Source of the DNA: an uncultured Spirochaetales bacterium
Lineage (GTDB): Bacteria > Myxococcota_A > UBA9160 > PR03
DNA length: 57,853 bases
Direction: 5' to 3'
NCBI GenBank assembly: GCA_964353555.1
Contig: CAYGWM010000017.1
Location: 1-57,853 of the forward strand
Positions 19,219-28,149 of this stretch are shown here, piece by piece. The first letter of the stretch is position 1; every line of letters starts with the position of its first letter. A model generated the notes under the pieces. It saw only the letters and a list, made by a program, of their open reading frames with translations. It was not told where the DNA came from and did not search any database. A program made the position numbers and the translations under genes.

Positions 19219-19677
19219 CTAAATCCCTTGCTTCGGGGTTCGCGCGGCGTTCGAGACGACCGTTTGAATCTCCCGGAAATTGCCTTGCGTGCGCGCGATG
19301 ACCTCGTCGAAGCGCGCGCGGTCCCAGATCTTGATATGCGTGCCGGCGCCCGCGATCACGACGTCCTTGTCCAGGTGCGCGTGTTCGCGAAGCGCGGGCG
19401 GGATCAGAATTCGACCCTGGCCGTCGGCTGCGCAGAGCGACGCGCCTGATAACATGAACAGCTGGAGATCCTGCGCCTCGGGCAGGAACGGATCGGTCGA
19501 GAACAGACTCTCTTCGTAGGCGAGCCAGTCTTCATGCGGGTAGAGCGCCAGATGGTCCGGCATGTTGGAGAGAAACGGAGCGTTGTCACTTCGCCGCTGC
19601 AGTTCCACTCGCAACTCCGCCGGCAGACTCACGCGACCCTTTGCGTCGATCGTGTGCATGTAACGGCCTCGGAACAT
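19219..19677 (-). CDS. mraZ: Division/cell wall cluster transcriptional repressor MraZ
   Basis: MFRGRYMHTIDAKGRVSLP and second repeat DGQGRILIP..LREHA.L.K.VVIAG. Confidence 0.96.
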   Translation of the reverse strand: MFRGRYMHTIDAKGRVSLPAELRVELQRRSDNAPFLSNMPDHLALYPHEDWLAYEESLFSTDPFLPEAQDLQLFMLSGASLCAADGQGRILIPPALREHAHLDKDVVIAGAGTHIKIWDRARFDEVIARTQGNFREIQTVVSNAARTPKQGI

Positions 19678-19728
19678 CGGGGGCCTCGAACCACTTGGTT
19701 GGCGTCGTGGGCCCCACTGAATGAACAA

Positions 19729-19762
19729 CCACTCAATCCCACTTCATCCCACGAAACGCCAC
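19729..19762 (-). promoter_or_regulatory. MraZ operator: four GTGG repeats at a 10-bp period
   Basis: Plus-strand CCAC at 19729, 19739, 19749 and 19759 (minus strand GTGG-N6 x4) upstream of mraZ; matches the established MraZ box pattern. Confidence 0.85.
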
Positions 19763-19763
19763 C

Positions 19764-19793
19764 CTTATAACTCCCCATCCCACGGGAGTGCAA
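19764..19793 (-). promoter_or_regulatory. Sigma70-like promoter of the dcw cluster
   Basis: Minus strand TTGCAC (19793-88)-N18-TATAAG (19769-64), T-rich tract upstream, directly upstream of the MraZ boxes. Confidence 0.6.
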
Positions 19794-19908
19794 GCAAAAA
19801 AATCAATCAAATCAGAGCTTTCGCCGATGTTTCGCCTGTCACGCCAAATCTTGTGGATCGGCACGCGACGAAATACGAAATGGCGACGTGGGAAAAACGC
19901 GGCGCGGA

Positions 19909-20964
19909 TCAGGCGGCGCCGAGGTCCGCGAAGCGATCGCGATGAACGGCCGCGACCCGGCGAATCAGCTGCGCGAGCGTGCTGCCGGCCACGGGCTCGG
20001 GCGCTTGCGCGAGAAGTGGCGCGGCCGGGTCGAGCAAAGCGTCGAGCACCGCCGAAGTGCCTTCGTAGAGGCCGCTCGGGGCGTAGCCGCCTTCGAGCAC
20101 GAACAGCAGGCGACCGCCGCAGACCGTCTCGGCGAGCGCGCGCACGATGCGCGTCATCTCCGCGAAGCCCGCGCGGCCGAGCTCCATCGACGCCAGCGGA
20201 TCATCGTGGTGCGCGTCGAAGCCACACGACACCATAATGAGTTCAGGGCGAAACGCGAGTGCGACGGGCACGAGAATCCGGCGCAGCACGCCAACGTAGT
20301 CCTCGTCACCGCAACCGGGTGGGAGCGGCACGTTCACCGTCGCGCCGACGCCATCCCCGCGTCCCGCTTCGACGAAGTCGCCGGAGCCGGGATAGAACGG
20401 GAACTGATGCGTCGAGAAGTAGAGCAGGTCGCGATCTTCCTCGAAGCAATGCTGCGTGCCGTTGCCGTGGTGAACATCCCAATCGACGATCAGTAGCCGT
20501 TCTACGCCGTCGCGTCGCAACGCCTGGGCGGCGATGGCGATGTTGTTGAACAGGCAGAATCCCATCGCGCGACTCGCTTCCGCGTGATGGCCGGGCGGGC
20601 GAACGGCGGCGAACGCCGCGTCGGCCCGACCCTGCGCGACGGCGCGCGCAGCATCGATCGTCGCTCCTGCGGCGAGTCGTGCAACGTCGTAGCTCGCACG
20701 CGATACATAGGTATCCGGATCGAGTCGCATCGGCGCCATTCGCACCGCGGCCGCGATCTGCCGGAGGTGGTCAGCGGCATGTACGGCGACCAGTTCGCCT
20801 TCGTCCGAGGGCCGCGCCTCGATGGGAATCAGCTGGCTGCGACGCTCTGTGATCGCGCGCCCCACGGCGGCGAGTCGCTCAGGACACTCAGGATGACCGA
20901 TCGGAGAACGGTGCTCGGTGAAGCGCCGGTCTTCGACGATCGCGACGCGACGGGTGGCGCTCAT
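19909..20964 (-). CDS. Histone deacetylase family (AcuC/AphA-like) Zn-dependent deacetylase
   Basis: HPECPERL, RPPGHHA..AMGFC.FNN, DWDVHHGNGTQ, SCGFDAH..DPL, LEGGY. Confidence 0.95.
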   Translation of the reverse strand: MSATRRVAIVEDRRFTEHRSPIGHPECPERLAAVGRAITERRSQLIPIEARPSDEGELVAVHAADHLRQIAAAVRMAPMRLDPDTYVSRASYDVARLAAGATIDAARAVAQGRADAAFAAVRPPGHHAEASRAMGFCLFNNIAIAAQALRRDGVERLLIVDWDVHHGNGTQHCFEEDRDLLYFSTHQFPFYPGSGDFVEAGRGDGVGATVNVPLPPGCGDEDYVGVLRRILVPVALAFRPELIMVSCGFDAHHDDPLASMELGRAGFAEMTRIVRALAETVCGGRLLFVLEGGYAPSGLYEGTSAVLDALLDPAAPLLAQAPEPVAGSTLAQLIRRVAAVHRDRFADLGAA

Positions 20965-21026
20965 CGAGGCGCATGGTATCTGACCGGCAGCAGCGTCGCT
21001 GGATCGCGACGCGGGAGGGAGCGTTC

Positions 21027-21995
21027 GTGAACGCGCCTGCGACTGTCGCGGTCACCGGCCTGCGCACGTTCATCGGTCAGCGCATCGCCGAGCGACTCGC
21101 CACGCGCGCGCCGCGGCTGCGCGTGGTGGGCATCGACCTGCGAAGACCGCAGCGCCTCGAACGCAAGATCGCGTTCGAGCGCGTCGACCTCACCGATCCG
21201 GCTTCCCACACGCGGCTCGCCGAGATCTTCGCTCGCGAGCGCGTCGAGGCGGTGCTCCACGCGGCCTTTCGCCGCGATCCGACGCCGGACCTCGAGACGG
21301 ACCACGAACTCGAGACGGTCGGCACGCTGCAGCTTCTACACGCCTGCTCGGCTGCGAAGGTGCCGCGCCTCGTGGTCGCGTCGAGCACGATGCTCTACGG
21401 GCCGCGCGCGGACAACCCGCAGTATCTGTCGGAGTCTCATTCGCTGCACGGTCATCCCGAAGCCCACTGTGTGAAGAACCGTGTGCAGGTGGAAGCGTTG
21501 CTGGCGGAGTGGGCGCGCCGACACCCGCACGCGCAGGTGACGGTGCTGCGCTGCGCATGGCTGATGGGACCGACCTATTTCGACCGCGTCGTGCGTCACT
21601 TCGCGCGGCCCATCGTGCCGACGCTGCTCGGCTACGACCCGCTGCTCCAGTTCGTGCACGAGGAAGACTGTCTCGATGCCTTCGAGCAAGCCGTGCTGGA
21701 CGCCCACCCCGGCGTCTACAACGTGGTGGCTCCCGAACCGCTGTCGCTCTCGAAGATCCTGCGTCTTTCCGGTGTTGCGAGCGCACCCCTGCCGGCGCCG
21801 ATCCTGTATCGTCTGCGCGACCTGGCCGCTCGCGCGGCAACCGGCGATCCGCCGGCTGCGTTCTACGACTACTTGCGATGGACGTGGGTGGCCGACGGCG
21901 AGCGTGGCTACGCGGCCTTCGGCGAACCGGCCTACACGTCGCGCGAATCCTGGATCTCGTTCCTATCGTCGCGCCGGCTGCGGCAATACCGCTAG
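21027..21995 (+). CDS. NAD-dependent epimerase/dehydratase (extended SDR) family protein
   Basis: VAVTG..TFIG, VDLTD, HAAF, VVASSTMLYG, LQFVHEED; RBS GGGAGG before GTG 21027. Confidence 0.85.
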   Translation: MNAPATVAVTGLRTFIGQRIAERLATRAPRLRVVGIDLRRPQRLERKIAFERVDLTDPASHTRLAEIFARERVEAVLHAAFRRDPTPDLETDHELETVGTLQLLHACSAAKVPRLVVASSTMLYGPRADNPQYLSESHSLHGHPEAHCVKNRVQVEALLAEWARRHPHAQVTVLRCAWLMGPTYFDRVVRHFARPIVPTLLGYDPLLQFVHEEDCLDAFEQAVLDAHPGVYNVVAPEPLSLSKILRLSGVASAPLPAPILYRLRDLAARAATGDPPAAFYDYLRWTWVADGERGYAAFGEPAYTSRESWISFLSSRRLRQYR

Positions 21996-22040
21996 GAGAT
22001 GTACTCGTGAATCACGGGGTGCGCAGCGACGCCGAATCGA

Positions 22041-23069
22041 ATGAGTCGCGTCGAAGCCGAAGCGGTGGCACCTTCGTCGCATCGGGGGATCTCGCGCGTG
22101 AGTGAGCAGGACGGCGATCTCGGCGCGCCGGGCGCGGCACCCGGTCACGCACCCGTGCTGAGCGATGCGCTCGATGCGTTGCGCGATCGACTCGGCGAGC
22201 GCTTCACGCCTCCGCGTTCGGACGGCGTCGACTGGATGGCGCTCTACGAATCGCTGCGGCGGCGCTTCGCTTCCGCAGGCATGCGCGATCTCTCCGCCGA
22301 CGTCGACGACTTCGGCATGGATGCCGATGCGATCGCCAGCGCACGGCCGTGGCTCGACCTGCTCTACGACCGCTGGTGGCGCGTTGGCGTGTCGGGGGCG
22401 GGCGAGGTCCCGCGCGGAAGGCCGAGTCTGTTCGTCGCGAATCACGCGGGCCTGCTGCCTTGGGACGCGCTGATGATCGTGAGTGCACTCGAGAGACACC
22501 AGCCCGCTGCTCCGCGCGCGCGCTTCCTGGTCGCGGATTGGCTAGCGACGCTGCCTTTTGCGCAGCCGTGGATCACGCGCCACGGCGGCGTGCGCGCGTG
22601 CCGGGAGAACGCCGAGCGATTGTTGGACAGCGGTCGCTCGGTGATCGCATTTCCGGAAGGCGCGAAGGGAGCGACCAAGGTCTTTCGCCAGCGCTATCGC
22701 GTGCAGCGCTTCGGCCGTGGTGGCGTCGTGCGGACCGCACTCGCACTGGGTGTGCCGCTGGTGCCGGTCGCGGTGGTCGGGGCGGAAGAGGCGCACCCGG
22801 TGCTCTTCAAGCTGGAGACGGCCGCTCGCGCGCTCGGGCTTCCCTTCATCCCGGTGACACCCACTTTTCCGGCCCTCGGGCCGCTCGGGATCGTGCCACT
22901 GCCGACGAAGTGGTCGATTGCGTTCGGCGCCCCGATCGAGACCGCCGAGATTGGCCCTGCGGCCGCCGACGACGAGATCCTGGTGTGGCGCATGACGGAG
23001 GAACTGCGCTCGCAGATCCAGTCGATGGTGGAAGCGGGCGTTCGCGAACGCGCCTCCGTCTGGCGCTAG
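22041..23069 (+). CDS. Lysophospholipid/glycerol acyltransferase (PlsC-like)
   Basis: NHAGLLPWD (HX4D), FPEG, F.RGG.VR.A, VPVAVVGAEE; start may be a later GTG. Confidence 0.88.
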   Translation: MSRVEAEAVAPSSHRGISRVSEQDGDLGAPGAAPGHAPVLSDALDALRDRLGERFTPPRSDGVDWMALYESLRRRFASAGMRDLSADVDDFGMDADAIASARPWLDLLYDRWWRVGVSGAGEVPRGRPSLFVANHAGLLPWDALMIVSALERHQPAAPRARFLVADWLATLPFAQPWITRHGGVRACRENAERLLDSGRSVIAFPEGAKGATKVFRQRYRVQRFGRGGVVRTALALGVPLVPVAVVGAEEAHPVLFKLETAARALGLPFIPVTPTFPALGPLGIVPLPTKWSIAFGAPIETAEIGPAAADDEILVWRMTEELRSQIQSMVEAGVRERASVWR

Positions 23070-23076
23070 CAGCCTG

Positions 23077-23691
23077 CTAGTGCTCGCTCGGCTCGAATGC
23101 GCGGGATTCCGCCGCGGTTCGCTCGGGGGCAGGCGCTTTCGCATTCTCGTGCGGGCGCGCGCCGAGCTCCTCGAGCACGCGGTCGAGGCGCTGCTCCAAA
23201 GCTTCGAGATCCGAGCGACGCGGCAAGTCGAGGACGCGCAGCACGCGCTCGAGCGCGCGCTGCACGAGGCGGTCGAGGTCCGGCGACGACAGCGCGATCC
23301 AATCGGGACGTTGGCCGGCGGCGAGCTCGCGCGGTGACAACAGCTTCTTCATGTTGCGCTGCAGCTCTTCGAAGCCTTCCGACGCGTCTCCAACGCGGCG
23401 CTTCAGCGCGCTGTAGAGCACGTCGCCACTGCGCTGGATCAGATCGGAGAGAACGGTGCCAGGCACGCGTCGATTGGTCCGCTCGGTGTCGACCAGGATC
23501 TGCGACAGCGTGACGGAGGTGATGTCCTCGCCAGTCTCGTTGTCGATCACACGCACTTCGTCGCCGGCTTCGATCAGCTCGGCGATGCCCTTTAGCGTGA
23601 TGTAGCGGCTCGTCGCGGTGTTGTAGAGCTTGCGGTTCGCGTAGCGCTTGATCAGGATCACGCCGGGCTGCGAATGGGGCGACGGTTCCAC
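23077..23691 (-). CDS. PhaR-like regulator (PHB_acc_N DNA-binding domain) with a phasin-like C-terminal coil
   Basis: IKRYANRKLYNT..SRYITL..IAELI..G..V.VID..TGEDIT..TLSQI is the PhaR N-terminal signature; C-terminal LDLPRRSDLEALEQRLDRV. Confidence 0.85.
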   Translation of the reverse strand: MEPSPHSQPGVILIKRYANRKLYNTATSRYITLKGIAELIEAGDEVRVIDNETGEDITSVTLSQILVDTERTNRRVPGTVLSDLIQRSGDVLYSALKRRVGDASEGFEELQRNMKKLLSPRELAAGQRPDWIALSSPDLDRLVQRALERVLRVLDLPRRSDLEALEQRLDRVLEELGARPHENAKAPAPERTAAESRAFEPSEH

Positions 23692-23751
23692 GGCGACGTG
23701 TTCCTCGATTGCGGATGGGGGCGCGCAATCTAACGAAACGGTCGTGGCCGG

Positions 23752-24327
23752 TCAGCCCTTCACCGGGACGCGCTCGATCCGGACCGACGGAACGCGAGGG
23801 GACGGCCGCGGAACGCGCGCACGACGCGAATCGAGCGGTGTCTCCTCGCGCGGCGACGCGCTACGGCGCAGGCCCGCGTCTTGGGACGGCTCGCGCGCTT
23901 CGGGCTCGCTTCGCTTGCCGTGGGCCGGGCGAAGTCCGAACTCCCAGAGGATCTCGCGCACACCGAGGAAGGCGCGCAGCACGGCGCGCGCCTCAGGGTC
24001 GTCGCGACCCCTCGTCTCCCAGCGCTCGATCTCCGCGTCCAGCACGCGCGCCACTGCATCGAGCCACGGCGCTCCGCTACGCCCGGCTCCGGCTTGCAGC
24101 TGCTCCGCGATCTGGTCGAGCCAGCTGCTCGCGCCCACAATCGCTGCGTGCGCATCGGAGGGAGCACCCGTCGCTGCAAGCGACGCGGCGTCGACGAGTG
24201 CGCGCAACGCGAGAGCGCTTTCCGCGAGCGCCGCGAGTCCGTGTTGGCGCGCTCGCGCCATCGCCTCGTCGGCGCTGCGCGGCGGCGGCGCGGTCTTCGG
24301 TCCTCGTTCGTGATCTCGATCCGTCAT
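23752..24327 (-). CDS. Hypothetical alpha-helical protein (191 aa)
   Basis: ATG 24327 overlaps the stop of the upstream ATPase (ATGA); coding-like composition; no motif recognised. Confidence 0.7.
   Translation of the reverse strand: MTDRDHERGPKTAPPPRSADEAMARARQHGLAALAESALALRALVDAASLAATGAPSDAHAAIVGASSWLDQIAEQLQAGAGRSGAPWLDAVARVLDAEIERWETRGRDDPEARAVLRAFLGVREILWEFGLRPAHGKRSEPEAREPSQDAGLRRSASPREETPLDSRRARVPRPSPRVPSVRIERVPVKG
23891..23910. repeat. Degenerate REP-like copy, in frame within a hypothetical ORF
   Basis: Reverse complement AGCGAGCCCGAAGCGCGCGA matches the rlmN copies (AGCGAGCCGGAGGCGAGCGA) at 17/20 positions; encodes SEPEARE. Confidence 0.45.
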
Positions 24328-25547
24328 CGGTTCTCTCCGTTCTCGCGTCCGCTCGGCTCGGCCTCGAGTACCAAATCTGCCACGCGCGCGAGGCCCTCGA
24401 GGTCGTGCACGTCGCCCGAGAGCTCGGGAACACGCCGCACGAAGCCACCCATCCTTGCGACGCGCGCCGTGAGTTCCGCGGTCGACTCCGCGTCCGCCCG
24501 CACCAACGCAGCGTAGCCATCGGCCGCGGCCAGCGCAGCGCGCGCGGCTGCATCGGCGGGGAACGCCGGTCCCGCGGCACTCGCGAACGCGGCTGCGAGG
24601 GCGCGCTGCGCTTCGGATGCGCGATCTGCGGTGGGAACGCGGCCCGGTGTCGAATCGCCGCCTGGCCAAGTGTGAATGCGGTTCACCACCACGCCCGCGA
24701 GCGGCACGCCGGCCGCGGTGAGTCGCTCCAGCATGCTGAGCGCGTGGCGCGTCGACTGCGTTGCCGGTGACGCCGCCAGCACGAACGCCGCATCGGGTCC
24801 AACGAGTCGGGCCTGCACCTCGCGCGCGCGCTCGCGGAAGCCCTCGGACATCCCCTCGAAGGCGAGCAGGAACTCGGAGATGTCTTCCAGGAACGCAACG
24901 CCCGACACGCGCTCGACGAGACGCAGCACGCGCTCGCTGCCGCGCTGGAAGACCCGCACGCCGAAGCGGCCCGCAGCGAAGGCCGGATGCAGCAGCAGCT
25001 GCACGAGCCGACTGTCGAGGAACTCGACGAGCCGTCGCGGCGCTTCGAGGAAGTCGAGCGCGTGCTGCGAGGGCGGCGTGTCGACGACGATCAGGTCGAA
25101 GTCGCGCCGTTCCGACAGCTCGAAGACCTTCTCCATCGCCGAGTACTCGGCGCTGCCTGCGAGGGCATCGGAGACGTGCTGATAGATCCGGTTGCCGAGG
25201 ATGCGCTCGCGTGCTTCCTCGGAATCGGTGAAGCGCGCAACCAGTTCGTCGAAGGTTCGCTTCATGTCCAGCATCAGCGCGGCGAGTCGTCCCTCCGGCG
25301 GCACGCCCAGCGCGGCGAGGCGCTCGCGCGGGAGATCGGTCGGTTGATTGCCGAGTTCGGCGATGCCGAGTGCATCGGCGAGGCGGCGGGCCGGGTCGAT
25401 CGTCAACACCGCGGTGCGGCGCCCGAGGCGTGCGCCTGCGAGCGCGAAGCTTGCGGCGAGCGTGGTCTTGCCGACGCCCCCGGTGCCGACGCACACGATG
25501 ATGCGACGATCGCGCACGAGCTCGATGGGACCCTGCGCTGCGCTCAC
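24324..25547 (-). CDS. ArsA/GET3-like ATPase (second of pair)
   Basis: IIVCVGTGGVGKTT, TIDPARRLADALG, YSAMEK, DLIVVDTPPSQHALDFL. Confidence 0.88.
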   Translation of the reverse strand: MSAAQGPIELVRDRRIIVCVGTGGVGKTTLAASFALAGARLGRRTAVLTIDPARRLADALGIAELGNQPTDLPRERLAALGVPPEGRLAALMLDMKRTFDELVARFTDSEEARERILGNRIYQHVSDALAGSAEYSAMEKVFELSERRDFDLIVVDTPPSQHALDFLEAPRRLVEFLDSRLVQLLLHPAFAAGRFGVRVFQRGSERVLRLVERVSGVAFLEDISEFLLAFEGMSEGFRERAREVQARLVGPDAAFVLAASPATQSTRHALSMLERLTAAGVPLAGVVVNRIHTWPGGDSTPGRVPTADRASEAQRALAAAFASAAGPAFPADAAARAALAAADGYAALVRADAESTAELTARVARMGGFVRRVPELSGDVHDLEGLARVADLVLEAEPSGRENGENR

Positions 25548-26518
25548 GCCGGCGGTCCTTGCGGCGGCGCAACGAGCGCTTCCGCGAGCGGCGCCAGGTC
25601 GTCCGGACCGTGCACACCGCGCGCAATCCGCGGCAGCACGACGAGTCCGAGCTTCGTCGTGTCGGCGAGCACCCGCATCCAGCGAGCGTTCAGTTCGTGG
25701 CGCGCGCGCAGATGAGCCGCGCACGCGGCCAGCGTTCCCGGCGACGGCGCGCCGGGCACGACGAGATCAGCGGGCAGACGCGCGAGCCACGCATCGAGGT
25801 CGTCGAGGCCGGGCGGGAAGGGCGCGGCAGTCACCGCGTTCACCACCACGCGGTCGACGGCGACGCCCACCTGATCGCGCAAACGCGCGACCAGTTCCGC
25901 CGTCTCGCGCGCCGGAAGTTCTTCTGCCAGCGAGACGGGCAGCAGCGCGGTGCGTTTGGGATCGCGGACCATGTCCTCGACCCAGCCCGCGTGGCGACGC
26001 AACGGGCCCGCGCGCACCGCCGATCCCACCACGCGCGGCACGTCCAGGAAGGTGAGTCCGTGTCCGGTCGCGGGCGCGTCGACCACGATCAGATCGAAGC
26101 GCGGCTTCCCATCCTTCTGTTTCATCTGTTCGAGATGCCAGATCTTCCCGAGCGTGATCAACTCGCGCCAACCGGGCGCGGCGTCCATCAATTGCCGAAA
26201 CGAGTGATTGCCGAGCACCCGCCTCGCCAGACCGCGCAACCCGATCTGCAGCCCCAGGTATTCGGCGAGCGCTTCGTAGGGATCGATGCGCATCACGCGC
26301 AGGTGCTTGCGCAAGTCGCGACCTTCGTAGCCGACTGGGCTCGTGCCGGGCGCGAGCAGCACGGGTATGTGCTCGTCGAGGCCGACTTCAGCGACCAGCA
26401 CGCGGCGGCCGGCCGAAGCCGCCGCGATCGCGAGCGCGGCCGCGACGGTGGTCTTGCCGGTGCCCCCCTTGCCGGTGACGACGACGAGCCGGCGATCTAG
26501 CAGCGAGAGAAGGGGCAC
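25544..26518 (-). CDS. ArsA/GET3-like ATPase (first of pair)
   Basis: LVVVTGKGGTGKTT, APGWRELITLGKIW, DLIVVDAPATGHG..FL; start placed at GTG 26518. Confidence 0.88.
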   Translation of the reverse strand: MPLLSLLDRRLVVVTGKGGTGKTTVAAALAIAAASAGRRVLVAEVGLDEHIPVLLAPGTSPVGYEGRDLRKHLRVMRIDPYEALAEYLGLQIGLRGLARRVLGNHSFRQLMDAAPGWRELITLGKIWHLEQMKQKDGKPRFDLIVVDAPATGHGLTFLDVPRVVGSAVRAGPLRRHAGWVEDMVRDPKRTALLPVSLAEELPARETAELVARLRDQVGVAVDRVVVNAVTAAPFPPGLDDLDAWLARLPADLVVPGAPSPGTLAACAAHLRARHELNARWMRVLADTTKLGLVVLPRIARGVHGPDDLAPLAEALVAPPQGPPA

Positions 26519-26712
26519 TCGATTCCGGGGATGCGGCACCGCATGGCGGGGCCAGGAATGCTGGCGGCTAAAGACGTGCGCCGGCACGTCCGAAACCAAC
26601 CTGGGCAGAAGCGAACGCGAGCGGACGCGACGTAGTTCCGGCGCAAACAGCCGGTGCACCTATAGCAAAAGCATCCTTGGCCCAACGGCCCACGGACCGC
26701 ATCGAGGCACCC

Positions 26713-27840
26713 TTGAACCTCAGTTGTGAGCGCTGCGAGACGCGCTTTCGCCTGGACGAGAAGCGACTGCCGGCAGGCGGCGCGCGCGTCCGCTGCTCGC
26801 GCTGCAAGCACGCATTCTTCGTGAACCCCGGCGGCGCGCCTGCCCCGGAAGTCGTCCACCAGCTGGCCGAAGCCGCCGTGACGCAAACCCGTCCGCCCGC
26901 GCCCGCACCTTGCTGGGATCTCAAGGAAGACGCGAATGGTCGCACCGCACAGCCGGTCCACCCCGTGCGCGCGCCGGTCGCCCCCGATCCCGCCGCGGCG
27001 GAGTTCGAGGAAGAGAGCGACTGGCGCTTCGAGGACGAGATGCAACTCGGCGACACGGGTGCGTCGCTCGATCTGCCGAACGGCCAAGCACCGACGCCTC
27101 CGAACGCGGATCCGAACGAGAGTTCCTTCGCCGAACTCGGCGATCCGGAGAGTTGGGATCTGCTCTCGAGCCCCGCGCCGGATCCGACGCCACCGGTGAC
27201 TGCGCGGTCCGCGATGCCGACGCCGCTGCCGATCGAACGCGTCATGGCGAAGGTGTCCGTGCCGGAGCCGCGCGAGCCCGCTCGTGACGTCGCGATCGCT
27301 GCCAGCGCCGTCGAGGTGCTGCCGATCGTCCCCGGCTCCGATCTTCCGCCGGCGCTGCGCTGGGGCGCATGGATCGCGCTGGCCGTGCTCGTCGCGCTAG
27401 CGACCTGGACGAGCATCGTGCCGGTGGCACCGGCGGCAGCGCCGCCTCTCGGTGTCGTGTCGTTCGGTGCGCTGGAGTTGAGTTCTCTGCGTGCGCGGCA
27501 GATCGAGAACGCCGCGGTCGGTGAGATCTGGGTCGTGTCCGGCGAAGTGCACAACCCGACCAAAGATCCGCAGCCGATCGGTGCGACGCTCGCTGTGTCG
27601 CTGCTCGATCGTGCGGGCGCACCGATCGGCGCTGCCCAGACGACGCTGCGCGCGGCTCTCGCGACCCAGCGGCTGCGCGAAGAAGATCCGCAGCGCTTGC
27701 GCGCGGAGTCGGACGCTTCCGCCGCCAAGCTCGCATCGCAAGTGCTTGCGCCGGGTGCGTCCCTCGCGGTCGACGCGGTCTTCGCGACCCCCGCACCCGA
27801 AGCCGCTCGCTTCGTCGTGGAGACGCGGCCTGTGAACTAG
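26713..27840 (+). CDS. Zinc-ribbon (MJ0042-like) membrane protein with a probable DUF3426-type C-terminal domain
   Basis: CERCETRFRLDEKRLPAGGARVRCSRCKHAF, acidic Pro-rich linker, one TM, beta-rich C-terminal domain (VVSGEVHNP); TTG start with GAGG upstream (alternative start 26677). Confidence 0.8.
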   Translation: MNLSCERCETRFRLDEKRLPAGGARVRCSRCKHAFFVNPGGAPAPEVVHQLAEAAVTQTRPPAPAPCWDLKEDANGRTAQPVHPVRAPVAPDPAAAEFEEESDWRFEDEMQLGDTGASLDLPNGQAPTPPNADPNESSFAELGDPESWDLLSSPAPDPTPPVTARSAMPTPLPIERVMAKVSVPEPREPARDVAIAASAVEVLPIVPGSDLPPALRWGAWIALAVLVALATWTSIVPVAPAAAPPLGVVSFGALELSSLRARQIENAAVGEIWVVSGEVHNPTKDPQPIGATLAVSLLDRAGAPIGAAQTTLRAALATQRLREEDPQRLRAESDASAAKLASQVLAPGASLAVDAVFATPAPEAARFVVETRPVN

Positions 27841-28040
27841 GCCGGCGGACCGCCGCGATCCGAACCCTCATCGGGTTTGGTCGGCGTCACGTCGATCTCG
27901 TCCTTGCCCGAGATGCCGGTCTTGAAGTTCTTGATCGCCTTGCCGAGACCAGAGCCGATCTCGGGAAGCCGTCGCGCGCCAAACAGCACGACGACGATGG
28001 CAAGGATGATCAGAAGTTCAGTGGCTCCGAGGCCGAACAC
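27837..28040 (-). CDS. tatA: Twin-arginine translocase TatA/TatE
   Basis: MFGLGATELLIILAIVVVLFGARRLPEIGSGLGKAIKNFK. Confidence 0.95.
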   Translation of the reverse strand: MFGLGATELLIILAIVVVLFGARRLPEIGSGLGKAIKNFKTGISGKDEIDVTPTKPDEGSDRGGPPA

Positions 28041-28149
28041 TGTGGTCTCTCCCGCTGGAGCGGAACCCGACTACCAGAATGCCCCTCGTACTGGGTGGGG
28101 TCAACCGGCCCGACTGCGCCCCAGGGCGTCGCGGCTAGAATGCGCCGCC

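Noticed and set aside
24324-26518. Arsenic-resistance operon
   Set aside because: No ArsB/Acr3, ArsC, ArsD or ArsR; single-domain ATPases without the metalloid-binding Cys pattern, in a lipid-related context
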